Shown here piece by piece: positions 22,871 through 35,610 of a stretch of 64,000 nt of DNA. This stretch comes from Escherichia coli. GTDB taxonomy: Bacteria > Pseudomonadota > Gammaproteobacteria > Enterobacterales > Enterobacteriaceae. Location of the stretch: the NCBI RefSeq assembly GCF_003018255.1, contig NZ_CP027440.1; one strand, written 5' to 3'. The notes beneath the pieces were generated by a model. It worked only from the letters and a program-made list of their open reading frames with translations, was not told the DNA's origin and ran no database searches. Position numbers and translations under genes: made by a program. The stretch's first letter is position 1. Every line of letters starts with the position of its first letter.

Positions 22871-23188
22871 TCACTCTCCACATTTGAATGTCAGACGAGC
22901 GACGCCATGTAATCCTGCACCTTCTGTCTTCAGGTCAACTATCTGCATTTTTTTGCCCTGAGTAACACAGAAATGAACTGCATCATTTTTTACTATATTT
23001 TCTGCACCAGATATTCTACCCCTGGCTAAAGAAGCTTCGGCTTCGGTGTAGTATTGGTTATCGAGTTTACGCTGAATATTACTTTTATATGCAAGACCAA
23101 ATTTACCGATACTTGTCTCATCATTATGTACAGCACACCCAGACATAAGAAAAACACTAATTAATGATATAGCAGCTATCTTTTTCAT
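22871..23188 (-). CDS. yegR: Lipoprotein-like small protein YegR
   Basis: ORF 22871..23248; start placed at ATG giving 105 aa (MKKIAAISLISVFLMSGCAV..., lipobox-like LMSGC). Confidence 0.7.
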   Translation of the reverse strand: MKKIAAISLISVFLMSGCAVHNDETSIGKFGLAYKSNIQRKLDNQYYTEAEASLARGRISGAENIVKNDAVHFCVTQGKKMQIVDLKTEGAGLHGVARLTFKCGE

Positions 23189-23602
23189 CTCACCTTCCCC
23201 CATTAAATACCAACGACACGCTCTGGTGTTTAAATATAATAATGGCATGATTATTATAATTGAATAGGATTATAATAAATGTTCTGTACAACATTTCCTA
23301 CATAAGTAGGAATTACATACACGGATGCCCTTCCAGGTAACCCCATGGGGGGGTTAATATATTTTTAATAGTATATTGAAGATGCCACTGTTTAGTTGAA
23401 TATTAGGTATATGTTCTTTTTTGAAATTTACCGGTGGCTACCGTTAATATTCGCTGTTCCCATTGCAAGCTCCTGGTGGTAACCACTGAATCCTCCATAC
23501 TTGAACTGACTTTTTATCCTCCGACTTTCATCCTGTTCTGACTCCACCTTTTCTTTTCTGCTCTACACTATCTACAGTCCAATCATAAAGGCACATACGA
23601 TC

Positions 23603-24502
23603 ATGGCAGAATTTCCCGCCAGCTTACTGATTCTTAATGGCAAAAGTACTGACAATCTACCCTTGCGCGAAGCAATTATGCTGTTGCGTGAGGAAGGAAT
23701 GACGATCCATGTGCGGGTCACCTGGGAGAAAGGCGATGCCGCACGATATGTAGAGGAGGCACGGAAGTTGGGCGTCGCAACGGTGATTGCCGGTGGTGGC
23801 GATGGCACCATTAATGAAGTTTCTACGGCGTTGATTCAGTGTGAGGGGGATGACATACCCGCGCTGGGAATTTTACCATTAGGAACCGCCAATGATTTTG
23901 CCACCAGTGTAGGGATTCCTGAGGCACTGGATAAGGCGCTGAAACTGGCAATTGCCGGTAACGCCATTGCGATAGATATGGCGCAGGTCAATAAACAAAC
24001 CTGTTTTATTAATATGGCGACAGGCGGATTTGGGACGCGTATTACCACAGAAACGCCGGAAAAATTAAAAGCCGCGCTGGGTGGCGTCTCTTACATCATT
24101 CATGGCTTAATGCGCATGGATACTCTGCAACCGGACCGTTGTGAGATCCGCGGTGAAAACTTTCACTGGCAAGGTGACGCCCTGGTCATTGGTATTGGTA
24201 ACGGGCGTCAGGCCGGTGGCGGTCAGCAATTGTGCCCGAACGCGTTAATTAACGATGGCTTGCTGCAACTGCGCATTTTTACCGGCGATGAAATTCTTCC
24301 AGCTCTCGTATCAACCTTAAAATCTGACGAAGATAACCCGAATATTATCGAAGGCGCTTCGTCGTGGTTTGATATACAAGCCCCACACGAAATCACTTTT
24401 AATCTTGATGGCGAACCGTTGAGCGGACAAAACTTTCATATTGAAATACTTCCGGCGGCGTTGCGTTGTCGATTACCACCAGATTGTCCATTGTTGCGTT
24501 AA
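23603..24502 (+). CDS. yegS: Lipid kinase YegS (DAGK-catalytic-domain family)
   Basis: 299 aa; diacylglycerol-kinase-like GGDGT motif. Confidence 0.85.
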   Translation: MAEFPASLLILNGKSTDNLPLREAIMLLREEGMTIHVRVTWEKGDAARYVEEARKLGVATVIAGGGDGTINEVSTALIQCEGDDIPALGILPLGTANDFATSVGIPEALDKALKLAIAGNAIAIDMAQVNKQTCFINMATGGFGTRITTETPEKLKAALGGVSYIIHGLMRMDTLQPDRCEIRGENFHWQGDALVIGIGNGRQAGGGQQLCPNALINDGLLQLRIFTGDEILPALVSTLKSDEDNPNIIEGASSWFDIQAPHEITFNLDGEPLSGQNFHIEILPAALRCRLPPDCPLLR

Positions 24503-24540
24503 TCAAACTATTCTCTCTTGAACCAGGGAGAATCCGTAAT

Positions 24541-24574
24541 GCCGGATGCGGTGTAAACACCTTATCCGGCATAC
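24541..24574. repeat. REP element
   Basis: gccggatgcggtgtaaacaccttatccggcatac palindromic unit between convergent yegS and gatR. Confidence 0.6.
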
Positions 24575-24583
24575 AGAACAATA

Positions 24584-25363
24584 CTACACCGTAATTAATT
24601 TCACCCGTGTCTTCTGCAATGCCAGTTTATCCACCTCTGACACAGCATCGTCGGTAATAATAATGTCGATTTTTTCGATTGGCAGTACCTGATTAAAACC
24701 GCGACGATTAAATTTCGATGAATCGAGAACGGCAATCACTTTATTTGCGGCGGTGACCATCGCCCCGCTAATCGAATAACCTTCATTAAAGGTCGTAATA
24801 CCATTAACCGCATCAATACCATCAGCACCGACAAACATTAAATCGGCATTAATATCCTGCAATGAACGCTCGGCAATGGAACCATGCATCGAGCGTGTTT
24901 TATGGCGGACGGTCCCACCACAGACGACCAGAGTAATGTCTTTATTTTCGGAAAGGGCAAACGCCGCCGGGAGACTGTTGGTAATCACCGTGATATTTTT
25001 GGCGGTCATTAAACCTTCGGCGATAAGCATTGTGGTACTTCCGCTGTCGAGAATAACGGTCATCCCTTCGTGGATCATTTTGACTGCCGCCTGCGCTATT
25101 CTGTTTTTTGGCGCACTGGCGAGCTGAAATCGCTCTTTAAACCCAACTTCCTGGGTCTCGGTTTCGCTATTACCGGACATTATTTTCGCCGCACCGCCAT
25201 GAAAGCGCGTAACCACGCCTTTTTGTTCGAGAAAGCGCAAATCGGCACGGATTGTCGCTTCCGAGGCAGCAAATACTCCCGCCAGATCCTGAACAAGCAC
25301 GGTTCCCTGTTCATTCACTAATTGGATGATCTTATTCCTTCGCTCGAATGAATTCATCGTCAT
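24584..25363 (-). CDS. gatR: DeoR-family galactitol operon repressor GatR, uninterrupted
   Basis: 259 aa continuous ORF; N-terminal HTH (ERRNKIIQLVNEQGTVLVQDLAGVF) and DeoR sugar-binding C-terminus. Confidence 0.8.
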   Translation of the reverse strand: MTMNSFERRNKIIQLVNEQGTVLVQDLAGVFAASEATIRADLRFLEQKGVVTRFHGGAAKIMSGNSETETQEVGFKERFQLASAPKNRIAQAAVKMIHEGMTVILDSGSTTMLIAEGLMTAKNITVITNSLPAAFALSENKDITLVVCGGTVRHKTRSMHGSIAERSLQDINADLMFVGADGIDAVNGITTFNEGYSISGAMVTAANKVIAVLDSSKFNRRGFNQVLPIEKIDIIITDDAVSEVDKLALQKTRVKLITV

Positions 25364-25462
25364 TTACCCATATTCAATTGTGGCTAGTGTAAACGAAGGG
25401 GGACCATTGGTGAATGATCTGTTTTGCACAATACCGGGCCAGCATCACGCTGGCCCGCGGTT

Positions 25463-26503
25463 TCAGGGAATGAGCAACACTTTGCCCGGCATAGCATTAC
25501 GAGCGATGTCACGCACCGCCTGGGCGAAGCTTTCAAAGCTTCCACGGTGAACGATTAATGGCTCCAGGCTTAACTTACGTTCTGTCAGCAACCGACTCGC
25601 CGTTTCCCACTCCTGCCCCGGCCAAGGGCTGGAGTAGTTCATCCAGCTGCCGATCACCGTCAGCTCTTTACGTAATATTTTGCCAAACGTTGTCGATGTT
25701 AAATGCAGATCCTGATGCAACGTGCCCACCAGCGCCAGCTGGGCATGAGGCCCGGCAATCTCTACCGCCAGTTCGACAGTTTGCGGGACGCCAGCCGTCT
25801 CGAGGATAAGCTGATTAAAGCGCAGCTCGCGTAAAACGCCCTGCATTTGCGGCGCGCTCATTTCAAGGCTGTTAAATGTTTGCATCGCACCGAAAGATTT
25901 TGCCAGTGCCAGTTTTTCTGAGCTAATGTCGATAGCCGTCACACTCTTTGCTCCCAGCGCGACAGCGCACTGAATAGCCAGCAGGCCAATGGTTCCGGCA
26001 CCAATAATAATAACGTTTTTATTCTCACAACCTTGCGCTAAATGAAAAGCATGCAGGCCAACGGTAATCGGCTCAATAAAAGCCCCATCCTCAATAGGCA
26101 TATCCGTGGGTAGAGCAAAGACATTTTTTCGCTTAACGACAATATATTCAGCAAGTCCACCATCACGCCGCGAGCCAATAAAATCATATTTTGCGCACTG
26201 GGAATAAAACCCTTTCAAACACTCTGGACAAGTAAAACAGGGTAATAACGGCACACAGGCAACCACATCGCCAGGGTGTAAATCATCAACACCGGATCCC
26301 ACCGCATCAATATAGCCGCTAAATTCATGACCTAACGTTATTGGATAATAATGTGCACCATTTTTAAATATCCTGGGTAAATCGGAACCACATAAGCCCG
26401 AGCTGGCAATTTTTACCCGCACCTCATCCTGATGTTTAATTTCAGGAATGACGCTTTCTGCTACGCGCACGATACCATCAGTATCATTCACCACTGATTT
26501 CAT
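25463..26503 (-). CDS. gatD: Galactitol-1-phosphate 5-dehydrogenase
   Basis: 346 aa Zn-dependent MDR-family dehydrogenase with Rossmann GAGTIG motif. Confidence 0.9.
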   Translation of the reverse strand: MKSVVNDTDGIVRVAESVIPEIKHQDEVRVKIASSGLCGSDLPRIFKNGAHYYPITLGHEFSGYIDAVGSGVDDLHPGDVVACVPLLPCFTCPECLKGFYSQCAKYDFIGSRRDGGLAEYIVVKRKNVFALPTDMPIEDGAFIEPITVGLHAFHLAQGCENKNVIIIGAGTIGLLAIQCAVALGAKSVTAIDISSEKLALAKSFGAMQTFNSLEMSAPQMQGVLRELRFNQLILETAGVPQTVELAVEIAGPHAQLALVGTLHQDLHLTSTTFGKILRKELTVIGSWMNYSSPWPGQEWETASRLLTERKLSLEPLIVHRGSFESFAQAVRDIARNAMPGKVLLIP

Positions 26504-26550
26504 AAAAACTCCTGATTGTTAAGGGGGATAACATCCCCCTCAGGTAAAAA

Positions 26551-27906
26551 TTATTCTGCGAGAACGGCTTTCTCTTGTTTAATAAAACCACGCGCTCTAC
26601 GCCAGGTCATGAAAATACCGGTAAGATAAATTGTGCCGATAATAATGAAGCCGGGAATATTTTGCGGGGAGAAAACCTGAATCAGTAACCAGGTAATGGG
26701 AGAACCGCCCTGATCCATTGAAGCCACCATACCCCCGGCTTTTAACGCCCCAGCATTAGCCGCCAGTTGGGTGTGCAAACCAATAGTTTGCGTCGCGATC
26801 CACAGGGTGATGCTCATAATGATGACACCCGAGATTAAGGTGCGGAACAGATTTCCACGATGCACCGCGACCGCCATCGCTACAAAGAAACCGATGGTGG
26901 CAAGGTCGCCAAACGGCAGTACCTGATTACCCGGAACACAAACAGCAATTAAAATGGTGAGCGGGATAAAAATCAGGCTTGCCGATACCACCGCCGTATG
27001 CCCCAGCAGCAACGCCGGATCAAGGCCAATCAGGAACTCCTGACCGCCGAACTTCGCCTGTAAACGACTACGGGCCTGCTTAGCGATGGGCGTTAAACCA
27101 TCCATGATGGGTTTAATCACCCGTGGCATCAGCAGCATAACTGCCGCCGTTTTTACCGCCAGCTGCAATACACCTTTGACATCGTAACCCGCGAGGATGC
27201 CGATAATCAGCCCCATCACAAAGCCCACGGTGACAGGTTCGCCAAATGGGCCAAATTTGCGCTGAATATCGTCGGCGCTAAATTTAATACGGTTAACGCC
27301 TGGGATTTTCTCGATGATAGCATCCACCAGCACCGCAATTGGCCCCAGATACGCCGACGTACCGTGCGGAATAGCAATGCCTTCCAGCTCAAAGAAATTT
27401 CGGGTATCGCGGGCAAACCAGTCGCCGAGCTTATAAACAAACGCCGCGTGAATTACCACACCCGCCATCCCTATCATCCATGAACCGGTTGCCAGATGCA
27501 GCAATGCGCCGGTGAAGGTCATATGCCAGATATTCCAGATATCAACATTTACCACCCGCGTCATACGGGTCAGTAGCATCGCCACGTTAACCAGAATCGC
27601 AATCGGAATCGCCACCAGCGCAATTTGCGACGCCCAGGTCATTGGTGAAGAGCCCGGCCAACCGACATCGACCACATGCAGATTCAGGTCAAAATTTTCC
27701 GCCATCGCTTTCGCCGCCGGGCCAATGGAATCCAGCATTAAGCCAATCACAAGGCCAATACCAACAAAGCCAATCCCGATATGCAGACCTGCTTTAAAGC
27801 AATCGCCTGCCTTCATGCCTAATATTTTAGAAAAAATAATGATGACAATCGGCAGCATCACCGTAGGGCCGAGGTCGAGAATATAACGCATGACTTCTGA
27901 AAACAT
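26551..27906 (-). CDS. gatC: PTS galactitol-specific EIIC component
   Basis: 451 aa polytopic membrane protein in gat operon context. Confidence 0.9.
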   Translation of the reverse strand: MFSEVMRYILDLGPTVMLPIVIIIFSKILGMKAGDCFKAGLHIGIGFVGIGLVIGLMLDSIGPAAKAMAENFDLNLHVVDVGWPGSSPMTWASQIALVAIPIAILVNVAMLLTRMTRVVNVDIWNIWHMTFTGALLHLATGSWMIGMAGVVIHAAFVYKLGDWFARDTRNFFELEGIAIPHGTSAYLGPIAVLVDAIIEKIPGVNRIKFSADDIQRKFGPFGEPVTVGFVMGLIIGILAGYDVKGVLQLAVKTAAVMLLMPRVIKPIMDGLTPIAKQARSRLQAKFGGQEFLIGLDPALLLGHTAVVSASLIFIPLTILIAVCVPGNQVLPFGDLATIGFFVAMAVAVHRGNLFRTLISGVIIMSITLWIATQTIGLHTQLAANAGALKAGGMVASMDQGGSPITWLLIQVFSPQNIPGFIIIGTIYLTGIFMTWRRARGFIKQEKAVLAE

Positions 27907-27909
27907 AGG

Positions 27910-28194
27910 TCACCCCTGTAAGATAGTCAGAATTTTATTTTGTAATGCTTCGATACCGACACCAGAAACAAAAGGCATGCCGTGAACTAACGGAATATCG
28001 CCAAAACTTCGATCCACCCTGGCAGTGGTGCATATCAAATGCACGCCATCCATATAGGTTTCTATTTCATTAACCCGACACTGGATTAATTCAACAGGAA
28101 TATTATGACTCTGACACAACTCTTTAATTTCTTCCGCCGCCATCGTAGAGGTCGCAACCGCGCCTCCGCAAGCGACAATAATCTTGCGTTTCAT
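27910..28194 (-). CDS. gatB: PTS galactitol-specific EIIB component
   Basis: 94 aa with N-terminal active Cys ([12 protein letters not shown]). Confidence 0.9.
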
Positions 28195-28224
28195 AAATAG
28201 TCCTTTTTATTGTTACAGAGGGAT

Positions 28225-28677
28225 TTATTCGTCTGAATCTAAAACATACTTTGTGAAGTATTCCTTTAACTGGGTTTCAGGAAGAGTGATTAGTGTCTCG
28301 ACGATCTCGGGCTGTTGTAACTTGCCAAATAAACAGCGTAAAAGTTTCAATTGCTGCTGCGGATTTTCCACAATTAACGCAATAACCAACGATACCGCCA
28401 CGTCGTTATCATCATCCGCTTGCTGAAAATGAACTTTATTTGTTGGCCTTAACAGATAAATGGCTGACGACTTAGCATGAATCGCCTCACAATGCGGTAT
28501 TGCAATGGCGTGCTGCTCAAGCATTATCCCGGTAGGGAATTCTGCTTCTCTGGCAATTAATGCCTGTGGCCAGGTATCATGAACCACACCTTTCGCGAGC
28601 ATCTCATTACCGATATGGGTTAAAACTTCGCTACGATCGACAAAAGAAATTCCGCTACGAACAAACAGGTTAGTCAT
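28225..28677 (-). CDS. gatA: PTS galactitol-specific EIIA component
   Basis: 150 aa EIIA-like ORF in gat operon context. Confidence 0.9.
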   Translation of the reverse strand: MTNLFVRSGISFVDRSEVLTHIGNEMLAKGVVHDTWPQALIAREAEFPTGIMLEQHAIAIPHCEAIHAKSSAIYLLRPTNKVHFQQADDDNDVAVSLVIALIVENPQQQLKLLRCLFGKLQQPEIVETLITLPETQLKEYFTKYVLDSDE

Positions 28678-28686
28678 ATACCGTCC

Positions 28687-30886
<2,200 letters not shown>

Positions 30887-30997
30887 TTAAATGTCGCGAT
30901 AACGATCACAAAAACGACAATATGAAAATCAATCCAGGAATGAAAGGCAAAAAAAACGGCCTCCCGGGGGAAGCCGTAACAAAGTACGCGTGGTTTT

Positions 30998-31032
30998 ATG
31001 CCGGATGTGGCGTTAACGCCTTTTCCGGCCTA
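30998..31032. repeat. REP element
   Basis: atgccggatgtggcgttaacgccttttccggcctac palindromic unit between fbaB 3' end and gat promoter. Confidence 0.55.
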
Positions 31033-31060
31033 CGGGGTAGTGCTGTTCGTATGAAGCGCA

Positions 31061-32113
31061 TCAGGCGATAGTAATTTTGCTATCGAGATAAACGTCCTGC
31101 ACGGCGTTAATCAGTTTCACGCCGTCAGCCATCGATTTCTTGAACGCCTTACGTCCAAGAATCAGCCCCATTCCGCCTGCGCGTTTGTTGATAACCGCAG
31201 TACGCACTGCATCGCTGAGGTCAGTTTCACCGCCTGCAGCACCGCCGGAGTTTATCAACCCGGCCCGGCCCATATAGCAGTTAGCTAACTGATAACGCAC
31301 CAGGTCAATCGGGTTTTCACTGGTCAGTTTGCTGTAGACTCGATCGTCGGTATAACCGTAGTTAATCGCTTTATAACCGCCGTTATTTTCCGCCATTTTT
31401 TGTTTGACGATATCTGCACCTATGGTCGCCGCCAGATGGTTTGCCTGACCGGTCAGGTCGGCGAAAACATGGTAATCAACGCCATCTTTCTTAAAGGCGG
31501 AGTTACGCAAATAGGCCCACAGCACTGTCACCATGCCCAGCTCGTGCGCACGTTCAAAAGCCGCAGAAATTTCTTCAATCTGGCGACGTGACTCTTCCGA
31601 ACCAAAATAGATAGTCACACCAACCGCCACCGCGCCCATGTTGAAGGCCTGCTCCACGCTGGCATACAGCGTTTGATCGTAGGTATTCGGGTAACTTAGC
31701 GTCTCGTTGTGATTAAGTTTGACGAGGAATGGAATGCGATGCGCGTAACGCCGCGATACCGATGCCAGCACGCCGTAAGTTGACGCCACACAGTTACAGC
31801 CCGCTTCGATCGCCAGTTCAACAATGTTTTTCGGGTCAAAGTAGAGCGGGTTAGCGGCAAATGAAGCTCCGGCAGAGTGCTCAACGCCCTGGTCAACCGG
31901 CAGAATAGAAAGATATCCTGTGCCAGCCAGACGCCCAGTGTTGTACAACGTCTGCATATTACGTAACACCGCTGGCGGGCGATTATTGTCAATCATCACG
32001 CGGTCTACGTAGTCATGTCCGGGGAGATAAAGCTGGTCAGAAGGAATAGTCATACAACGGTGCTGTAAAAGGTTGTCGGCGTCTTTGCCAAGCAACTGCG
32101 CAATATCTGTCAT
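31061..32113 (-). CDS. fbaB: Fructose-bisphosphate aldolase class I
   Basis: ORF 31061..32185; start placed at ATG 32113 ([19 protein letters not shown]..., 350 aa). Confidence 0.9.
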   Translation of the reverse strand: MTDIAQLLGKDADNLLQHRCMTIPSDQLYLPGHDYVDRVMIDNNRPPAVLRNMQTLYNTGRLAGTGYLSILPVDQGVEHSAGASFAANPLYFDPKNIVELAIEAGCNCVASTYGVLASVSRRYAHRIPFLVKLNHNETLSYPNTYDQTLYASVEQAFNMGAVAVGVTIYFGSEESRRQIEEISAAFERAHELGMVTVLWAYLRNSAFKKDGVDYHVFADLTGQANHLAATIGADIVKQKMAENNGGYKAINYGYTDDRVYSKLTSENPIDLVRYQLANCYMGRAGLINSGGAAGGETDLSDAVRTAVINKRAGGMGLILGRKAFKKSMADGVKLINAVQDVYLDSKITIA

Positions 32114-32369
32114 TACTATGCTCCCGTAAATTCCGATTGGATATCGGCTATGGATTGTCCTGGCCCGCCTTTTGCGGGCAATCATAATCCTGGTCGTTAC
32201 AGGCGAGTTTTTCCATCTTTTGGATGTTTTTTCAGCGTTTTCTGTTGGCTCGATTCATCAGAAAAAATGTTACCGCGGTCAAGTTTTCACCGCAAAGGTA
32301 TTTAAAAGGTATTATTAAATGGTATTGTCATCGCGTACCTTACATTACCTGTCATGAAGGAATTAAAAG

Positions 32370-33647
32370 ATGAAAACAACAGCAAAGCTGTCGTTCATGA
32401 TGTTTGTTGAATGGTTTATCTGGGGCGCGTGGTTTGTGCCATTGTGGTTGTGGTTAAGTAAAAGCGGTTTTAGTGCCGGAGAAATTGGCTGGTCGTATGC
32501 CTGTACCGCCATTGCGGCGATCCTGTCGCCAATTCTGGTTGGCTCCATCACTGACCGCTTTTTCTCGGCGCAGAAAGTGCTGGCGGTATTGATGTTCGCT
32601 GGTGCGGCGCTGATGTATTTCGCTGCGCAACAGACCACTTTTGCCGGGTTCTTCCCGTTACTGCTGGCCTACTCGCTAACCTATATGCCGACCATTGCGC
32701 TGACTAACAGTATCGCTTTTGCCAACGTGCCGGATGTGGAGCGTGATTTCCCACGCATTCGTGTGATGGGCACTATCGGCTGGATTGCCTCCGGTCTGGC
32801 ATGTGGATTTTTGCCGCAAATGCTGGGTTATGCCGATATCTCTCCGACTAACATCCCGCTGCTGATTACCGCCGGAAGTTCTGCTCTGCTCGGTGTGTTT
32901 GCGTTTTTCCTGCCCGACACGCCGCCAAAAAGCACCGGCAAAATGGACATTAAAGTCATGCTCGGCCTGGATGCGCTGATCCTGCTGCGCGATAAAAACT
33001 TCCTCGTCTTTTTCTTCTGTTCATTCCTGTTTGCGATGCCACTGGCGTTCTATTACATCTTTGCCAACGGTTATCTGACAGAAGTCGGCATGAAAAACGC
33101 CACCGGCTGGATGACGCTCGGCCAGTTCTCTGAAATCTTCTTTATGCTGGCATTGCCGTTTTTCACTAAACGCTTTGGTATCAAAAAGGTATTGTTGCTT
33201 GGTCTGGTCACCGCTGCGATCCGCTATGGCTTCTTTATTTACGGTAGTGCGGATGAATATTTCACCTACGCGTTACTGTTCCTCGGCATTTTGCTGCACG
33301 GCGTCAGTTACGATTTTTACTACGTTACCGCTTACATCTATGTCGATAAAAAAGCCCCCGTGCATATGCGTACCGCCGCGCAGGGGCTGATCACGCTCTG
33401 CTGCCAGGGCTTCGGCAGTTTGCTCGGCTATCGTCTTGGCGGTGTGATGATGGAAAAGATGTTCGCTTATCAGGAACCGGTAAACGGACTGACTTTCAAC
33501 TGGTCCGGGATGTGGACTTTCGGCGCGGTGATGATTGCCATTATCGCCGTGCTGTTCATGATTTTTTTCCGCGAATCCGACAACGAAATTACGGCTATCA
33601 AGGTCGATGATCGCGATATTGCGTTGACACAAGGGGAAGTTAAATGA
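32370..33647 (+). CDS. yegT: Nucleoside-permease-like MFS transporter YegT
   Basis: 425 aa, 12 hydrophobic segments, NupG/XapB-like. Confidence 0.8.
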   Translation: MKTTAKLSFMMFVEWFIWGAWFVPLWLWLSKSGFSAGEIGWSYACTAIAAILSPILVGSITDRFFSAQKVLAVLMFAGAALMYFAAQQTTFAGFFPLLLAYSLTYMPTIALTNSIAFANVPDVERDFPRIRVMGTIGWIASGLACGFLPQMLGYADISPTNIPLLITAGSSALLGVFAFFLPDTPPKSTGKMDIKVMLGLDALILLRDKNFLVFFFCSFLFAMPLAFYYIFANGYLTEVGMKNATGWMTLGQFSEIFFMLALPFFTKRFGIKKVLLLGLVTAAIRYGFFIYGSADEYFTYALLFLGILLHGVSYDFYYVTAYIYVDKKAPVHMRTAAQGLITLCCQGFGSLLGYRLGGVMMEKMFAYQEPVNGLTFNWSGMWTFGAVMIAIIAVLFMIFFRESDNEITAIKVDDRDIALTQGEVK

Positions 33648-34648
33648 AAACAGAACGTATTCTCGGTGCTCTTTATGGGCAGGCGTTAGGGGATGCGATG
33701 GGGATGCCCTCCGAGCTTTGGCCGCGCAGTCGCGTCAAAGCACACTTTGGCTGGATTGACCGTTTTCTGCCTGGGCCAAAGGAGAATAACGCAGCCTGTT
33801 ATTTTAACCGCGCCGAATTCACCGACGATACCTCGATGGCGCTGTGTCTGGCGGATGCGTTACTGGAACGTGAAGGCAAGATCGATCCGGATCTGATTGG
33901 GCGTAATATTCTCGACTGGGCGCTGCGTTTCGACGCCTTTAACAAAAACGTACTAGGTCCGACCTCGAAGATTGCTCTCAACGCCATTCGCGACGGTAAA
34001 CCCGTTGCTGAACTGGAAAACAACGGCGTGACCAACGGCGCAGCGATGCGCGTCTCGCCATTAGGTTGTTTGCTTCCGGCGCGTGATGTTGATTCCTTTA
34101 TTGATGATGTGGCGCTGGCCTCCAGCCCGACACATAAATCCGATCTGGCGGTTGCGGGGGCGGTAGTCATCGCATGGGCGATTTCTCGTGCCATTGACGG
34201 AGAAAGCTGGTCAGCGATTGTTGATTCACTGCCTTCAATTGCGCGACATGCTCAACAAAAACGCATCACTACCTTCAGCGCCTCACTGGCAGCACGTCTG
34301 GAGATTGCGCTGAAAATTGTGCGCAATGCCGACGGCACCGAATCCGCCAGCGAACAGCTTTACCAGGTCGTTGGCGCAGGTACCAGCACTATTGAGTCCG
34401 TTCCGTGCGCCATTGCGCTGGTTGAACTGGCACAAACCGACCCGAACCGTTGCGCCGTCCTGTGCGCTAACCTTGGCGGCGACACAGACACCATCGGTGC
34501 TATGGCGACGGCAATTTGCGGCGCGTTGCATGGCGTTAATACTATCGATCCTGCGTTAAAGGCGGAACTGGATACAGTAAATCAGCTTGATTTCAACCGC
34601 TATGCCACGGCGCTGGCGAAGTATCGCCAACAACGGGAGGCGATATGA
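33644..34648 (+). CDS. yegU: ADP-ribosylglycohydrolase-family protein YegU
   Basis: 334 aa; ARH-family N-terminal motif (LGALYGQALGDAMGMP) and C-terminal GGDTDT; overlaps yegT stop. Confidence 0.8.
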   Translation: MKTERILGALYGQALGDAMGMPSELWPRSRVKAHFGWIDRFLPGPKENNAACYFNRAEFTDDTSMALCLADALLEREGKIDPDLIGRNILDWALRFDAFNKNVLGPTSKIALNAIRDGKPVAELENNGVTNGAAMRVSPLGCLLPARDVDSFIDDVALASSPTHKSDLAVAGAVVIAWAISRAIDGESWSAIVDSLPSIARHAQQKRITTFSASLAARLEIALKIVRNADGTESASEQLYQVVGAGTSTIESVPCAIALVELAQTDPNRCAVLCANLGGDTDTIGAMATAICGALHGVNTIDPALKAELDTVNQLDFNRYATALAKYRQQREAI

Positions 34649-35610
34649 GCGGCGCTCGATTACACACGCTGCTGCCTGAATTAACCTCGCGTCAGCCAGT
34701 TATGGTGATTGGCGCGGCGGTCATTGATGTGATCGCCGACGCTTATGCCCTCCCCTGGCGTGGGTGCGATATCGAACTGAAACAGCAGAGCGTTAACGTT
34801 GGCGGCTGTGCACTGAATATTGCCGTGGCATTAAAGCGCCTCGGCATCGAAGCGGGTAATGCCTTGCCGCTCGGTCAGGGGGTGTGGGCGGAGATTATTC
34901 GCAACCGGATGGCAAAAGAGGACTTAATCAGCCTGATCGATAACGCCGAAGGTGATAACGGCTGGTGTCTGGCGCTGGTTGAGCCTGATGGCGAACGCAC
35001 TTTTATGTCATTCAGCGGTGTGGAAAATCAGTGGAATCGCCAGTGGCTGGCGCGATTAACCGTTGCGCCTGGCAGCCTGCTCTATTTTTCCGGTTATCAA
35101 CTGGCCTCGCCCTGCGGCGAATTGTTAGTGGAATGGCTGGAAAAGCTGCAAGACGTGACGCCGTTTATCGATTTTGGCCCACGTATTGGCGATATCCCGG
35201 ATGCATTACTGGCGCGGATCATGGCCTGTCGACCTTTAGTGTCACTCAATCGTCAAGAGGCTGAGATTGCCGCCGAACGTTTTGCTTTATCCGCAGAGAT
35301 AACAACACTTGGCAAGCAATGGCAGGAGAAATTTGCCGCGCCGTTGATCGTTCGTCTCGATAAAGAGGGCGCATGGTATTTCAGCAACGACGCTTCTGGC
35401 TGCATTCCGGCATTTCCAACGCAAGTTGTAGACACCATTGGGGCGGGCGACAGTCATGCCGGTGGCGTACTTGCCGGGCTGGCCTCTGGTCTGCCACTGG
35501 CGGATGCCGTATTACTGGGCAATGCAGTGGCGTCGTGGGTTGTCGGGCATCGGGGCGGTGATTGTGCGCCAACGCGCGAGGAACTACTCCTCGCACACAA
35601 AAACGTATAG
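34645..35610 (+). CDS. yegV: PfkB-family sugar/nucleoside kinase YegV
   Basis: 321 aa; PfkB signature DTIGAGDSHAGG; overlaps yegU stop. Confidence 0.8.
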   Translation: MSGARLHTLLPELTSRQPVMVIGAAVIDVIADAYALPWRGCDIELKQQSVNVGGCALNIAVALKRLGIEAGNALPLGQGVWAEIIRNRMAKEDLISLIDNAEGDNGWCLALVEPDGERTFMSFSGVENQWNRQWLARLTVAPGSLLYFSGYQLASPCGELLVEWLEKLQDVTPFIDFGPRIGDIPDALLARIMACRPLVSLNRQEAEIAAERFALSAEITTLGKQWQEKFAAPLIVRLDKEGAWYFSNDASGCIPAFPTQVVDTIGAGDSHAGGVLAGLASGLPLADAVLLGNAVASWVVGHRGGDCAPTREELLLAHKNV

